Origin: Octopus sinensis
Lineage: Eukaryota
NCBI RefSeq assembly: GCF_006345805.1
Contig: NC_043001.1
Span: 16,616,001 to 16,680,000 of the forward strand
Length of the DNA: 64,000 bases
Direction: 5' to 3'
Of this stretch, positions 25,048 through 39,178 are shown in pieces. The notes beneath the pieces were generated by a model. The model was not told the DNA's origin and ran no database searches. It saw only the letters and a program-made list of their open reading frames with translations. Every line of letters starts with the position of its first letter. Position 1 is the stretch's first letter. The position numbers and the translations under genes are program-made.

Positions 25048-25245
25048 AAGGCGGCGAGCTGGCAGAAACGTCAGCGCGCCGGGCGGAGTGCGTAGCGGAG
25101 TCCAAATTCCGCCGAGGTCGACTTTGCCTTTCATCCTTTCGGGGTCGATAAATTAAGTACTGGGGTCGATATGATCAACTTAATCCGTTTGTCTGTCCTT
25201 GTTTGTCCCCTCTGTGTTTAGACCCTTGTGGGTAGTTAAGAAATA
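25048..25245 (+). mobile_element. SINE family A with internal deletions
   Basis: Perfect 16-bp TSD GGTATAGAAATTTAGC at 25032-25047 and 25246-25261. Confidence 0.92.
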
Positions 25246-27638
25246 GGTATAGAAATTTAGCTAGCTTATGGACCATCAGACAGCAGATAATAAGCATGAG
25301 ACATTCATCTATGACAAAATGAATATTAATGAATTATCTATAAAGGTAGCTAATAGTTATAATATAGAAAATAACAATACCAGTGTCTACAAATATTACT
25401 GGCGAATTCGAACATTGCTTATGTTAACCTCGAACACTTTAATGATCGTTTTCCTATGTGTATCTGATCAACTTTGATGTAAGAACGGACAATCTTATTT
25501 CGTTTTCCAACCATGAATATTAAAGATAAAAATACTAACCGTAAAACTGGATGTATAGCAACAGATATCGTTACTTAACAGTTCTGTTCCGATAAAATGT
25601 CCATTATTATCGATGAAATACAAATGAAGAACATAAAAAGCCACAGAAAAACCGTTGAAAGATGCTTGTAGAAGTAATTCATTAACTTATTTAATTGTAA
25701 TGCCCTTAGCCTATTATAAGCCATGCATTGCTCATATTTGCAATAATCGCCCATCAGCCACTGTGTATAGACCCGAGAACGGAGCACTGCTGGGAAGAAA
25801 GCTACGCAAATTCCGCCTGAAGTAAAGCTATACGAAATTAAAATGGGAATGTGCAGCGTTACATGAAAAATGGAACAAGCAAAACCTACACATTGCCAAA
25901 AGCAACGAAACCGGTACTCGATAAAAATAAGGATAATCTTATTAAAGAGCAAGGTTTTAGTTCATAAATTCTGTAAAATAAAACAGAAAATGGATAAATG
26001 GACATGAGAGGAGACAGTCTCCATAATACACGCATATTTTATTCTTACTCTTCCCCCTTCCAGTGAGAACAATAAAACACGCATAATATATGGTGAGAAA
26101 GTTGTTCTTCCTTCAGATGTAATAATGGAACCCAAGAGACGAACTAATTTAAGATGCATTCTTAAATGCAAAAGAATATCGGTAATAGAAAACATAAAAG
26201 AGAGAATGCATTCCGAAAATACAGGCAACGAAGAAATATATAAAAAAAAGGCGGGGAATAAAACTCACAGAAATTATAAAAGAAATAAGCTAATAAATAT
26301 TAAATGAGAAAATCACAAAGATAGAGTTATTACATGCAAAGCATAAAATACACGGCAAAATTAAACCCTAGCGTACTTAGAGAATATTCATAAAGGGAAG
26401 CTGAATTAGAAGTAGACCAATGGAAATATGAACACAAGTGAATAGGAAAAAAAAGATCTAAGAGTAGATAATTGTAAAGATGGAAATTGTGAGTATGACA
26501 AAAGTCTAAAGGCAGAAATAGTTAAATTAAAATCGATATATATCTGCCTGTGGTCTATTGAAGGATAAGACTTAAAGATAAAATAGCAGTGAAAGAACAT
26601 TGCGAATTAGGCCATCACAGACATAGTGGAAACGTCAGGATAAATCAAATAATTTATACAGCAGCAACAACAGCACCAGCAGCAGTAACAGCAGCCATAG
26701 TAATAAAGGAACAAATGTCAGTATTCCCTGGAAATATCTTATATAGTAACTTCTAAAACTTACGAGAACAACGTGACAAAAACCGAAAAAAAATAAAATC
26801 ATACAAAAGATGGTAGAAATTGAAAGACCTCACATTTATTAACGAAATAAATATGACAAAGACACTAATAGAAAGACAAGCCAATACTTCAAAATTACAG
26901 CATAATAAATACGAAAGAAGAGTTTATATTTATTATGCTGTGAATTACGTAACAAAAGATAGAAACTAATGCAACACCGGGAACAAGAGAAGTAGATTTT
27001 TGGAGGAGGAAATATAATAAGCAATATTGAAAACAATAAGTTCGCTGTATGAATATACATGGGACGAAATAAAAGCCGAAGAGGTTCAAAATCTTTCAAA
27101 CATGAACAAAAGGGAAGAAGCACAAACTGACAAAGTTCCAAGCTTCTGCTTAAAATATCTTGTAGTTAGGCACACATGATAGCGATCACATTCAGTAATC
27201 TACTGGTAGATCAAGAAACAACACGTAAATGGTTCACGGAGTAAAATCATACGCAAAACAAACACAGGCCGTCTTAATTGTCAAGATAGTCGTTGTTTCC
27301 AACGACCTCGAAATCTTTTGACTAGTAATGTACGTGCCTGCAATATACAAATACTTAGCAGCATTTGAAAGATGTTGTAAAGGGCCACGTCCTATTAAAG
27401 TTCCGTTATTGATCAACTCATAACTCGAGACTGTAGAGGAAGAAAGAGCCTGATATTGGCATAGACTGATCACCTGGAAGCTTTTGTTTATGGATTCTAG
27501 AAACTTTCGTTCAGGTTTTGGAAATATCAGTGATGATCAGGTTAATCAAACGTGTCATTTGTAAGCGAAAGACAATATTACAATTCTATATCTGACCGGT
27601 AGTCAACGAAATGATGAATTGTAAAATGAAACCCATTT

Positions 27639-27990
27639 GGAGGGGGGTGGAGACCACCTTCGGTTATGAATAACCATGGGATTGCGCCTAGAAAGTTACC
27701 CTCCGAAGTACAAGTCCGGGCAAGGTTGTTTATGGAAGACCAGCAGTCGCCCATTCATACCAGCCTCCCCTCTCTACACCACTGGTGTTATCCAAGGGAA
27801 AGGCAAAGGGGCCGATACAGCTTGGCACCAGTGATGTCGCAACTCATTCCTACAGCTGAATTAACTGGAGCAACGTGAAATAAAGTGTCTTGCTCAAGAA
27901 CACAACACGCAGCCCGGTCCAGGAATCGAACTCACAACCTCACGATCGTAAGCTCGACGCTCTAACCACTAAGCAATGCGCCTTCACACT
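27639..27990 (-). mobile_element. SINE family C with a different 3' tail
   Basis: Head and body as the 3537 copy; 13-bp TSD ATGAAACCCATTT at 27626-27638 and 27991-28003. Confidence 0.88.
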
Positions 27991-28455
27991 ATGAAACCCA
28001 TTTATATTTTACAATTCACTCTTTTGTTGTTAGTTCAAACCGATTGCAAAAAGAATAATTCAGCAACATTTCCACCATCCACCTTTCCTTTCTGGCATTT
28101 ATACATTTAACCACTTTACTAAACCAGAATTATTACTGACACAATAGGTATGGCTAAACAATCAACTCACTCCTCCATATATACGATCACAAGTTATATA
28201 CCGTTGATTAAAGACAACTGGAAACTTTTGTACACAGTTTGATGATTCAATGGCAAAACAGGTATAAACAGTTAAGTAAAAGAGAAATGAATTAGGAAAA
28301 CCTAAAACTTAGTAGTACTATTTTTTCTGTGGTGGCAGATTAAAAAAAATCTCAGTTAAGCCTTGTTTTGTTAAATATTATTTTTGTATATTTGCTTTTT
28401 TGTTCTTTCTAGTTGTTTTTTTCATCATTGATGCCATTATCTATCTATCTATCTA

Positions 28456-28502
<47 letters not shown>

Positions 28503-28511
28503 TTCTATCTA

Positions 28512-28545
<34 letters not shown>

Positions 28546-28547
28546 AA

Positions 28548-28867
28548 GGCGCGTGGCTTAGTGGTTAGGGCATTCGGCTCACGATTGTAAGGTCGTGAAT
28601 TCGATTCCCGGCGACGCGTCGTGTCCCTGAGCAAGTCGCTTTATTTCACGTTGCTCCAGTCCACTCAGCTGGTAAAAATGAGTTGTACCTGTATTTCAAA
28701 GGGCCGGCCTTGTCACACTCTGAGTCACGCTGAATCTCCCCGAGAACTACGTTAGGGGTACACGTGTCTGTGGAGTGCTCAGCCACTTTCACGTTAATTT
28801 CACGAACAAGCTGTTCCGTTGATCGTATCAGCTGGGACCCACCTCGTCGTAACCGACGAAGTGCTCC
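28548..28867 (+). mobile_element. SINE family C with the tail shared by the family B copy at 45530
   Basis: tRNA-like head after (TA)n; tail GTACCTGTATTTCAAAGGGCCGGCC...CGTCGTAACCGACGAAGTGCTCC. Confidence 0.87.
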
Positions 28868-29419
28868 TATATATATAGATGTCAAAGTAGATTATGCTTT
28901 TCAAAATTTTTTTGTCAAAAGCCAAACCCCAGTTTTAACAATATGTTTTAGTATAGACAGAAACATTATAAGCCAACTGGCAACAACAACAAAAAAAAGA
29001 ATTAGCATTCATGGAGTATTTGTTGGATGTTTATTATATTCGTGTTTATTATTTCAATGTCCACACGAAATTCTCGTATTTGCAATGTAAACAGCACTCA
29101 ACACCACCGTGAAATTAGTTACAACATTTGTTTATCTATTGCACACACACACACACACACACACACGCACGCACACTCATTTACTCTCTTATGCAGTTAT
29201 TTTTCATCTACACATTTTTACAGAAAATACTTCTTTTTGCTAAATTTCATGATTGATTAACCGTCTTTTCCAGTTTTCTCTATTCCATTCTTTGTACTTC
29301 GATGTACTTTATGTACTTTATGTACTTTAACGAATGATAAAGTCTTATAACGAATGATTTACTTTATGCACTAACGAATGATATTAAGACATTAATATGT
29401 GCTGAGATTCACAAAAGTT

Positions 29420-29641
29420 AATTTTACTCTTTTACTTGTTTCAGTCATTTGAATGTGGCCATGCTAGAGCACCACCTTTAGTCGAGCAAATCGACCACAG
29501 GACTTATTCTTTGTAAGCCTAGTACTTATTCTATCGGTCTCTTTTGCCGAAACGCTAAGTTACGGGGACGTAAACACACCAGCATCGGTTGTCAAGCGAT
29601 GTTGTGGGAACAAACACAGACACACAAACATATACACACAC

Positions 29642-29682
<41 letters not shown>

Positions 29683-29736
29683 CATTAGAACACATTAAGA
29701 GGCTTCCAAATATTATTTCCCTAATATTATATATAT

Positions 29737-29786
<50 letters not shown>

Positions 29787-29945
29787 TACGATGGGCTTCT
29801 TTCAGTTTCCGTCTATCAAATCCACTCACAAGGCTTTGGTCGGCCCGAGGCTACAGTAGAAGGCACTTGTCCAAGGTACCACGCAGTGGGACCTAACCCA
29901 GAGCCATATGTTTGGTAAGCAAGCTACTTACCACACAGCCACTCA
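29420..29945 (-). mobile_element. SINE family D/E with internal (TA)n containing a short unique insert
   Basis: 3' module 29420-29630, microsatellite, 5' module about 29775-29945. Confidence 0.85.
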
Positions 29946-30604
29946 TAAGCGTATAAAATATATTAACGTCAATATTTCCCCCTTATAATTTAGTTTTATT
30001 CATATACAGTTTTATTCATATTCAGTTTTATTCATATGCCCACCCAGGGACGAGGCATTATTTTAAATGGCGGTGCCCCAGTATGGCCACAGCTCGTCAG
30101 CTGAAACTAGAACTCATGTGAACTCATCTATTGAAACCTGTTTTGTTGAATCTTGAGTGGGTCATAATGCCAATAATAAATACAGGCGTAATGGATTTCC
30201 CGAGATACTGAAAATTCATTATAATTTTGTAAAATTGATTTTTATCCTTAAATTATAATATTCAAGACAACAAAGCAGCTAACTCTATTGGAATTAACTG
30301 GGATTTGGGAGGAGAGGGTAGAGGAGGCACAAGAGAGGAAAAAGTTAAGGAGAGGGAGAACAATGTGTTCGGCAGTTGAGGGCTTGTAGATCGCCCTCTA
30401 AGTACCGGGTAATTATAGGAACGGGTAGAAGAAGAGTCATCAAGTACAATGTAAAGGCTTCTGAGAAAGCATCTAAATAACTGAAAACAGGTGATCCGTG
30501 GGGTCAGTAGAATGCCATTTTGACACAAGCTTAGGCTTGGTCAATCTCGGTCGAGTTGCCTGCATAAAGATTTGTGTTGTAAGACACGAAACCCCTTACT
30601 TAGT

Positions 30605-30790
30605 GGCAATATCGTCTGCCGTTACGTTCTGAGTTCAAATTTCGCCGAGGCCGACTTTGCCTTTCATCCTTTCGGAGTCGATAAATTAAGTACCAGTTAC
30701 GCACTGGGGTCGATGTAATCGACTTTATCCCTTTGTCTTTCCTTTTTTGTCTCCTCTATGTTTAGCCCCTTGTGGGCAATAAAGAAATTA
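30605..30790 (+). mobile_element. SINE family A, 5'-truncated
   Basis: Body and tail homology. Confidence 0.85.
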
Positions 30791-31587
30791 GAATAGAGGT
30801 CTTAAATTTTTTTTGTTCTACGTGTTCCTGTTCCCTGTATTCTTCAGTAAACACTTGACCAATATTCCCGAGTCAACGACTGCTTTCATTCTGGATGAGC
30901 TGTGTTTTTCAATTTTTGCAATATCTGGTGAGGACCAAGTACAAAGTAATATGTAGTCAGCATTCAGATGTATTTTACATTTCCAGCATAATTACCATTA
31001 GCAGAAAGAAATTATCTTATATTTCTACGCAAGTGTGTTTATGAAAGCATTTTGATGGCATTTCGGATTTTCGTTTTGTTTTGAACAAAACATAACGTTC
31101 TACAAAGAAAAGAACAAAAGCAACACCTTCCACGAATTTCCTTCAGATTGTAATTATTTTCAGCACACCTTTATTTAACGTGCATAGATAGATTATAAAA
31201 AATAAAAAAAAACGAGCTTAAAAAAAATCCCAAATGTAATGGAATTAACTTTCATTAATAAATTAAATGGAAAATAACCTATGGTCTCATATCATAATGA
31301 AATATCTCATATCATAAATGTTTAATTAATAAATCACTGGGTGTGTCATATGGAAAATTCCCGAAACAAATGACTTACTACTAAACTGATTACAAGCGAC
31401 GGGAAATTTTAAGAATTTCGTAATAAGTTAGCAGGAAATAAAATATGTGAATTTTATGCTTCCTTTTTCTTATAACTCCTTAATTTTAATTGCAAGCTTC
31501 TAATCCTTCCTCATATTATACGAAACGATTATATCTTTTGATACCTGCAACCACTTATTGAAACCACATGTGCTTGAAACCATAGCA

Positions 31588-32495
31588 GTATTTAGTCTGC
31601 CGTTACGTTCTGAGTTCAAATTCCGCCGAGGTCGACTTTGCCTTTCATCCTTTCGGGGTCGATAAATTAAGTACTAGTTACGCATTGGGGTCGATATAAT
31701 CGACTTAATCCGTTTGCTTGTCCTCTCTGTGTCTAGCCCCATGTGGGTAGTAAAGAACTAGGTATTTCGTCCGCCGCTACGTTCTGAGTTCAAATTCCGC
31801 CGAGGTCAACTTTGCCTTTCATCCTTTCGGGGTCAATAAATTAAGTACCAGTTACGCACTAGGGTCGATATAATCGACTTAATCCGTTCGTCTGTCCTTG
31901 TTTGTCCTCTCTGTGTTTAGCCCCTTGTGGGTAGTAAAGAAACAGGTATTTCGACCGCCGCTACGTTCTGAGTTCAAATTCCGCCGAGGTCGACTTTGCT
32001 TTTCATCCTTTCGGGGTCGATAAATTAAGTACCAGTTGCACACTGGGGTCGATGTAATCGACTTAATCCGTTTGTCTGTCCTTGTTTGTCCTCTCTGTGT
32101 TTAGCCCCTTGTGAGTAGTAAAGAAACAGGTATTTTGACCGCCGCTACGTTCTGAGTTCAAATTCCGCCGAGGTCGACTTTGCTTTTCATCCTTTCGGGG
32201 TCGATAAATTAAGTACCAGTTGCACACTGGGGTCGATGTAATCGACTTAATCCGTTTGTCTGTCCTTGTTTGTCCTCTCTGTGTTTAGACCCTTGTGAGT
32301 AGTAAAGAAACAGGTATTTTGACCGCCGCTACGTTCTGAGTTCAAATTCCGCCGAGGTCAACTTTGCCTTTCATCCTTTCGGGGTCGATTAATTAAGTAC
32401 CAGTTACGCATTGGGGTCGATGTAATCGACTTAATCCGTTCGTCTGTCCTTGTTTGACCCTTCTGTGTTTAGCCCCTTGTGGGTAGTAAAGAAAT
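31588..32495 (+). mobile_element. SINE family A headless pentamer (five units of about 183 bp)
   Basis: Junctions AAAGAA(A/C)(T/C)A|GGTATTT; GAAACCATAGC duplicated on both flanks. Confidence 0.93.
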
Positions 32496-32879
32496 AGAAA
32501 CCATAGCTTATTTTCCATGTAATCTATAAATGAAAGTATTTTTATAGCGTTTTGGATTTTTTAAACCTCATTTTTATATCATCTATGAATGCACATTAAA
32601 TAAAGGCCAGCCAAAATATTAGAGGAATGGTTACCATTTCTAGTAGACTCACGTAGCAGTTCCCTCGTTAGTTCGTTGCTGTTATAGATGTTTCAACACG
32701 TGTAATTGTCACTCTCTCTGTTAATTCCACTGACAATGATGATAATTTTACAGGCGATGCTGTTTTTTTTTGTTTTTTTTATTGCAAGCTGCAAATGATA
32801 ACCTTCACAATATCTAATGACCTTTCCTGGCGACCTCAAATGTTTGTGTACGTATATATGTCTGTCTGCGTTATATGTA

Positions 32880-32897
32880 TCTATATATGCATATAAA

Positions 32898-32962
<65 letters not shown>

Positions 32963-33245
32963 GTATATATATATGTATATGTATATATATATGTAATATA
33001 TATGTATATATATATATATATATATTATATGTATATATATATGTATATATATATGTATATATATATGTATATATATATATGTATATATATGTATATATAT
33101 ATATGTATATATATATGTATATATATATGTATATATATATATATGTATGCATATACACATATACATGCATATATATGTATGTGCCCGTGTGTGTGTGAGA
33201 GAGGGAGATTTATAATATATATGTATGTATATGTGTGTATGTGCG
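32880..33245. repeat. (TA)n/(TATG)n microsatellite
   Basis: Direct. Confidence 0.97.
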
Positions 33246-33775
33246 TGCATGAGAGTACATACAATAGATAGATATATGCAAACATTATTGCTATCTACAA
33301 TGTTATCACTGTTGTCGCTAAAGTTTCATTTCTGCTGTTCGTGAGAAAACATATGAATGAAAGCTGTCATCTCTTTCAACCAGTCTTTCTTTTTCTTTCT
33401 TTTTTTTTAACTTTTATGAGCTCCAGCTGCAGTTGTCGAAAAATCAGAGAAGGAAAATTTATAGAATTTATTTGCCAATAATAATTATTCCTTTTACTGC
33501 TTACTGTGCAGCTTTACTCGTAAATAATGTTACTATTTTTGTAGTATTAAGGTTGCGAATTGTCCAGATCATTAAGCACGTCGTGTGTAGATACCTTGCG
33601 CTATTCGTCGTGTCTGTGTTTGTGTTCAGTGTTCAAATTCCAGTGAGGTCACTTTGTCTTTCAACCTGTCGGTGTCAATAAATGAAATACCAGTCATATA
33701 CTGGAGCCGTATCGTTTTCTCTCGCTTTTTAATTTCTGTTCTGTACCTGTACCTCTTTTTCGAAGAGAGCGGCTG

Positions 33776-34293
33776 TGGTTCTTCTTCTTCTTCTTCTTCT
33801 TCTTCTTCTTCTTCCAATCAGGACTCACGCCATTAGCCACAGAGAATAATCTCTAATTCGAGCCTACTCTAAGCTACTAAGAATGTGTGCGGCAACTTGA
33901 AGATCTACCCACCACGCGCGATAGACTGGCGGTTGCACGGGCGCGAAAGCTACGTTGTTATCCTCATTCTGTAAACGGTGGCTTTTAACGGGTGGAGAGC
34001 TGAACCATCCTGGGGTACAGAGGATTCGCAATCTAGACTAGGGTCTGAAAGTTTACCACACCATCTTGGGTTACACCATGGTTCCTCTGCTTTGTGGCAG
34101 AAGTAGGAAGAAAGAGTGAGGGAAAGTTGTGGTGAAAGAGTACAGCGGGGTTCGACCCGCCCCCTGCCAGAGCCTCGTGGAGCTTAGGTGTTTTTGCTCA
34201 ATAAATACTCACAATGCTGGGTCTGGGAATCGAAACCGCGTTCTTACGACCGCGAGTCCGCTGCCCTAACCACTGGGCCGTTGCGCCTCCACT
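33776..34293 (-). mobile_element. SINE family B, tail type 3, ending in (GAA)n
   Basis: Family B head at 34100-34293, unique tail, (TTC)n at 33779-33813; AGCGGCTG duplicated on both flanks. Confidence 0.75.
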
Positions 34294-34604
34294 AGCGGCT
34301 GGAGAAGATTTGGGATGCAAAGTATCAAGGCACCATCAATATTTTAGGCCCTAAGACTGTATCAGTAGTTGTGGTCTCCAAGACAAGGTTTATGCTGTGG
34401 TTATCATCAGTATTATGGTTGTGGAACCTTAAGTCAACCCCTTTTGAGTTGACATATGATTCCATCCGTGACCGACTCTTCTGTTTCTCTTGAAATAGTC
34501 TACCCTGGTCTATATCATCCAATCCATTCATTTTTTTAAAGAAGATGGGGTTTTTATCATCAATTGTTACAGGTCTAACGATGATATGGAGATAATATTA
34601 CCAG

Positions 34605-34960
34605 ATATCTCTTGTCTTGAGACAGCATTCACCCGGGGTGGGTTGAGCTGGTTTCATTCATCCTCAATGCTGCATCTCTTACAAACGCCGACCAAACCTG
34701 GCGACTTGAGGCTAACGATAGCGTGATCTCCAACCACTCCTTATTCCAGCGGCGAACGCCGTAGATATGGGGGCCAAGGTTGGGTTCCAGATCAGCCTTG
34801 ACCATCATCAGCCAAGTTTTTCGTTGTACACCACATCGCTTTCGCCAACCCTGTAGGGGAGCTGGGGCAATTGCTTCGTAGATGAATTCTCCTGGTTAAC
34901 GACGGAGGGCATGACCCAGCCAACGCAGACGTCTCGTTAGAATGACTTGTCGGAGGGGGG
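34605..34960 (-). mobile_element. RTE-clade LINE 3' fragment
   Basis: Minus translation GWRKRCGVQRKTWLMMVKADLEP...IYGVRRWNKEWLEITLSLASSRQVWSAFVRDA (one frameshift) matches the RxRGxxxKTW...AxxRxxW end of RTE ORF; short CAAGA repeat tail. Confidence 0.78.
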
Positions 34961-35683
34961 GTGATTTTTGCACCAGATATGGCGCTTCGTTACTGATTTT
35001 TCTGTTAATTTGACAGCTTTGTTGTCCCTTACTCTCATCTGCAGATGTAAACTACATACATCAAAATACAAGATCATTACGTTTAAAAGTTCACGACAAA
35101 TGGTAAAGTAAGTAACACATCTTCCATAGATAAGCGATTAACGAAAAACTACAAGTAACACATATTCAAAGTAACAGACTGCTAATGTTATTTCTGTCAA
35201 ATCGTGCACAAGTTAGACAAGATCTTGAAAAAGGTTCCTTTTTTTTAAATTGATGTCTGTTTGTCTTTTGTTTGTTAAGTAAGATGTTTTCTCATCTTTT
35301 ATGAAACGATTGGACGTTATGATAAAGTTAAGGTGTTTTATCTTGTGCGACACACTACGTAGGAGTAACGTTTGTTAAGGCGTAGTTGTAACGTATAAAT
35401 TTGTTTATTATTTCAGGAGTAACCAAACAACCTATGACGCCAAACTACTAAACTAACCAATCACAAGACATTATGGTTGCTTAGTCTGCATGAAATAGCA
35501 ACCACATTTCGGTAAATCTTCTTTCTTACTGACCTACAAATAAAAGAATACATGTCTAAACAAAAGAGAAGATAGTCACAGCTAGAACTTTTTTGCTCAT
35601 AAGTCTGTTCAATTACAGACGACCTGAGACTGAGGAACGACAGTAAAAACAACAACAACAACGAAATTACTATCTCTAGCATC

Positions 35684-36259
35684 TATTTCTTTTCTACCCA
35701 CAAGGGGCTAAACACAGGGGGGACAAACAAGGAGAGATAAGTGGATTAAGTCGATTACATCGACCCCAGTACGTAAAGAATGAAAGGCAACGTCTACCTC
35801 GGCAGAATTTGAACTCAGAACGTAAAAACAGACGAAATACCTATTTCTTTACTACCCACAAGGGGCTAAACACAGAGGGGACAGACAAGGACAGACAAAG
35901 GGATTAAGTCGATTACATCGACCCCAGTGCGTAACTGGTATTTATTTAATCGACCCCGAAAGGATGTAAGGCAAAGTCGACCTCGACGGAATTTGAACTC
36001 AGAACGTAGTGGCAGACAAAATACCTATTTCTTTACTACCCACAAGGGGCTAAACAGAGAGGGGACAAACATGGACAGACAAACGGATTAAGTCGATTAC
36101 ATCGACCCCAGTACGTAACTGGTATTTATTTAATCGACCCCGAAAGGATGAAAGGCAAAGTCGACCTCGGCGGAATTTGGACACAGAACGTAACAGCAGA
36201 CGAAATACTGCTAAGCATTTCGCCCGGCGTGCTAACGTTTCCGCCAGCTTACCGCCTTA
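35684..36259 (-). mobile_element. SINE family A, head plus three bodies
   Basis: Reverse complement; junctions AAAATACC|TATTTCTTT. Confidence 0.9.
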
Positions 36260-37729
36260 GCATCAGCAACATCAATAGTAGTCTTCGCTCTGTGGTGCGA
36301 CCTGCTTTGTAGTCCACGGTATAGTCCTAAAAAAAGACAATATGTACCTAACTGTACTGCATTTGATTGTAGATCTCTTCTTTCATAATTGTCCTGGAGT
36401 AAAACAACAGCAACAACAAAAATAACAACCAACCACCCAACCACGCAACCGACCAATTAGCTAATGAAACTGATAGTTGTGACTAAAGATAGCTATTATA
36501 GCAGTTCTATAGCGGTCAATCACATATGACATAATTGACAATTTAATGTAGAGACCACAACGTGGATTCTTGACATGCGAGATATAGGAATCAACTCTCC
36601 CTCAAATCAAATCCTACTGTCCATTATATAATGTAGTTCTAGGTATGTCTGACTAAAAACGAGACGTTTACGGTCCTAACACTTCTGAGTAAATATATGT
36701 GTGAGTTAGGGCTATCTTGAGACTACCTAGGGGGATATTCTGGAGCTAAACAATAACAACTAACGCGCTGCCAAAAAGTGACTTTAATGAGAAGAAAGAC
36801 GAAATTGAAATTCTTCCTCTCAAATTACAAAAAATGCTAATTAAACTAATTGTTTTTTAAATGATTTAATTAATGAATCGTGTCGTTAAATAAAGAAACT
36901 TTCTGATGCAATGGCAAACTAGCAGAATCATTAGAACGTCGGACAGAATATCTTGTGGTATTTGTTCCGACTTACTGTGCTCGGAGTTCAAATTCTGCCG
37001 TGGTAAACTTTCCTTTCAGCGTTACGGGTTGTTAAAACATAAATCAGTTTAAGGTAGGGAATTGGTGGAGCTGTCAGAAAGTTGGACCGGATGCCTTGCA
37101 GTAATTTGTTCTGGTTCTTTACGCTCTGAATCCAAATCCTACGATAGCCTACACGGATGGTAGATTTAATACACCTCCCGCTTTAATACCACCATCAGGT
37201 ATCTCGTGTGACTTTAATGAAGTCCATCTTGTTTCAAATATTCGAATTATGCCTTCCGTTTGAGAATAAATTCTTAGTTACTCCCTGCAGTTTCGGAGAC
37301 CCTGTATAGTGTGATGGGTATGGCTTCTACCTTCTGAATAAGCAATAAAAAAGGAACATTCTAGAATTTAAGATCTTATCAGAGCTTCGTATGAAATCAT
37401 TACCAAATCAATCAATCAATTTAGTAAGTTTATGACGAGTCAATGACGTAGTCTGTAACAGCTGATATTTTAGTTTCGTCATTGTGCCATTTATTGCTTT
37501 ACCCAATCAAAGGCGACTAGTCTGCGACCCATGTTTTGGCATTTTAAGAACATACGATTGTTTCATCGTTTCTTCGCTGTCACAAATAGCCCTGGCTAAG
37601 CTGTCTCTTTTCGGACGTTCGTTCACTCACTCAGTCACTCACTCACCCACTTATTTCTCCTCTCTCTGGCTCTCTATCTCTTACTCTTTCTCTCTCTCAC
37701 ACACATACGCACACGCACAAACAAATTAT

Positions 37730-38419
37730 GCAAACGACATGAAATACGTAAACAAACGAGTTAAATACGTAAAAAAAAACGAGAGAAAATGGAAAACAGA
37801 ACAGGTAAACACAGAGAAAGGACCCTTCATCTGTTGTCAGTGTCTATCTACTCCTCATTTTGAACATTCAACGTCAGTTGCTCCCAGAAATCCTCCAACT
37901 TTCTCTAATTCCCTTTTTTCTGCTTCTCCCTCTTTCACTGTTTTCTATCTCTCTCTCTCTCCCCCTTTCTTTCTCTTTTTCTATCTCTTGTTGCTTACAC
38001 ACGACCATCGTTCATCTTTCTTTCCTCGCGTGACCATCTTTCTTTTCCTGCATGGACGTTCAAAAGACTGGACTTTTTTCTTTTCTATTCTTTCTCTTTT
38101 CAAAGAAAATATTTCTCCCAGCGTTCACTATTCTCCTCTCGTTCTAGTCTAACGATCCTCTATATTTGTTTTCGTTCTGTTTCCTTGTATGACTCCCACT
38201 GTCCTGTTTTTGGTCCCAACTTTAACCCTCCATAAATCCTAAGTTCTATGTTAGAATTTATGGGAGCAACTGTCTTTGAAGACTCATATTATCGTTGAAT
38301 GCTCGAAATGAGGAGTAGATAGACAACCGACAACTGCGTTTACTTATCCCGTTTTCCAGTTTTTTGCTCTTGTTGTTTACATATTTAACTAGTTTGCTTA
38401 CGTATTTCATGTTCTTTGC
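37730..38419. repeat. Diverged inverted repeat (arms about 37730-37890 / 38255-38419) with CT-rich spacer
   Basis: GTCTATCTACTCCTCATTT and ATGAAATACGTAA blocks recur as reverse complements. Confidence 0.75.
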
Positions 38420-38657
38420 ACAGCTGGTGACGTCCTGTACCCATATATGCATATATATTTATATTATTATTATCATTATATATATATATAAGTATACATA
38501 CGACGGTCTTCTTTCAGTTTCCATCTACCAAATCCACTCACAAGGCTTTGGTCAGCGCAAGGCTATAGTATAAGACACTTGCCTAAGGTACTACGCAGTA
38601 GTACTGAACCCAGAGCCATGTGGTTGGGAAGCAAGCTTCTTACCACACAGACACGCC

Positions 38658-38689
<32 letters not shown>

Positions 38690-38729
38690 TGTATGTATGT
38701 ATGTATGTATGTATGTATGTATGTATATA

Positions 38730-38947
38730 CTCTTTTTCTCTTTTACTTGTTTCAGTCATTTGACTGTGGCCATGATGGAGCACTGCCTTTAGTCGAATCA
38801 AATCGACCCAAGGACTTATTCTTTGTAAGCCTAGTACTTATTCTAACGGTCTCTTTTTGCCGAACCGCTAAGTTACGGGGACCTAAACACACCAGCATCG
38901 GTTGTCAAGCGATGTTGGGGGGACAAACACAGACACACAGATACATA

Positions 38948-38981
<34 letters not shown>

Positions 38982-39178
38982 CACATATATATACATACAT
39001 ACATACAGACATATATACGACAGGCTTCTTTCAGTTTCCGTCTACCAAATCCACTCACAAGGCTTTGGTCGGGCTGAGGCTATAGTAGAAGACACTTGCG
39101 CAAGGTGCCATGCAGTAGCACTGAACCCGGAACCATGTGGTTCGTAAGCAAGCTACTTGCCGCATAGCCACTCCTGTG
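38730..39178 (-). mobile_element. SINE family D/E complete copy (further partial 5' module at about 38490-38650)
   Basis: Reverse complement of the 62872 copy, with internal microsatellite. Confidence 0.87.

Noticed and set aside
25895-25920. GAAACCGGTA preceded by a small hairpin
   Set aside because: No CUGANGA or UUGANAA core upstream.
37484-38152. 222-aa ORF
   Set aside because: TTG-type start, low-complexity CT-rich spacer of an inverted repeat, no motif.
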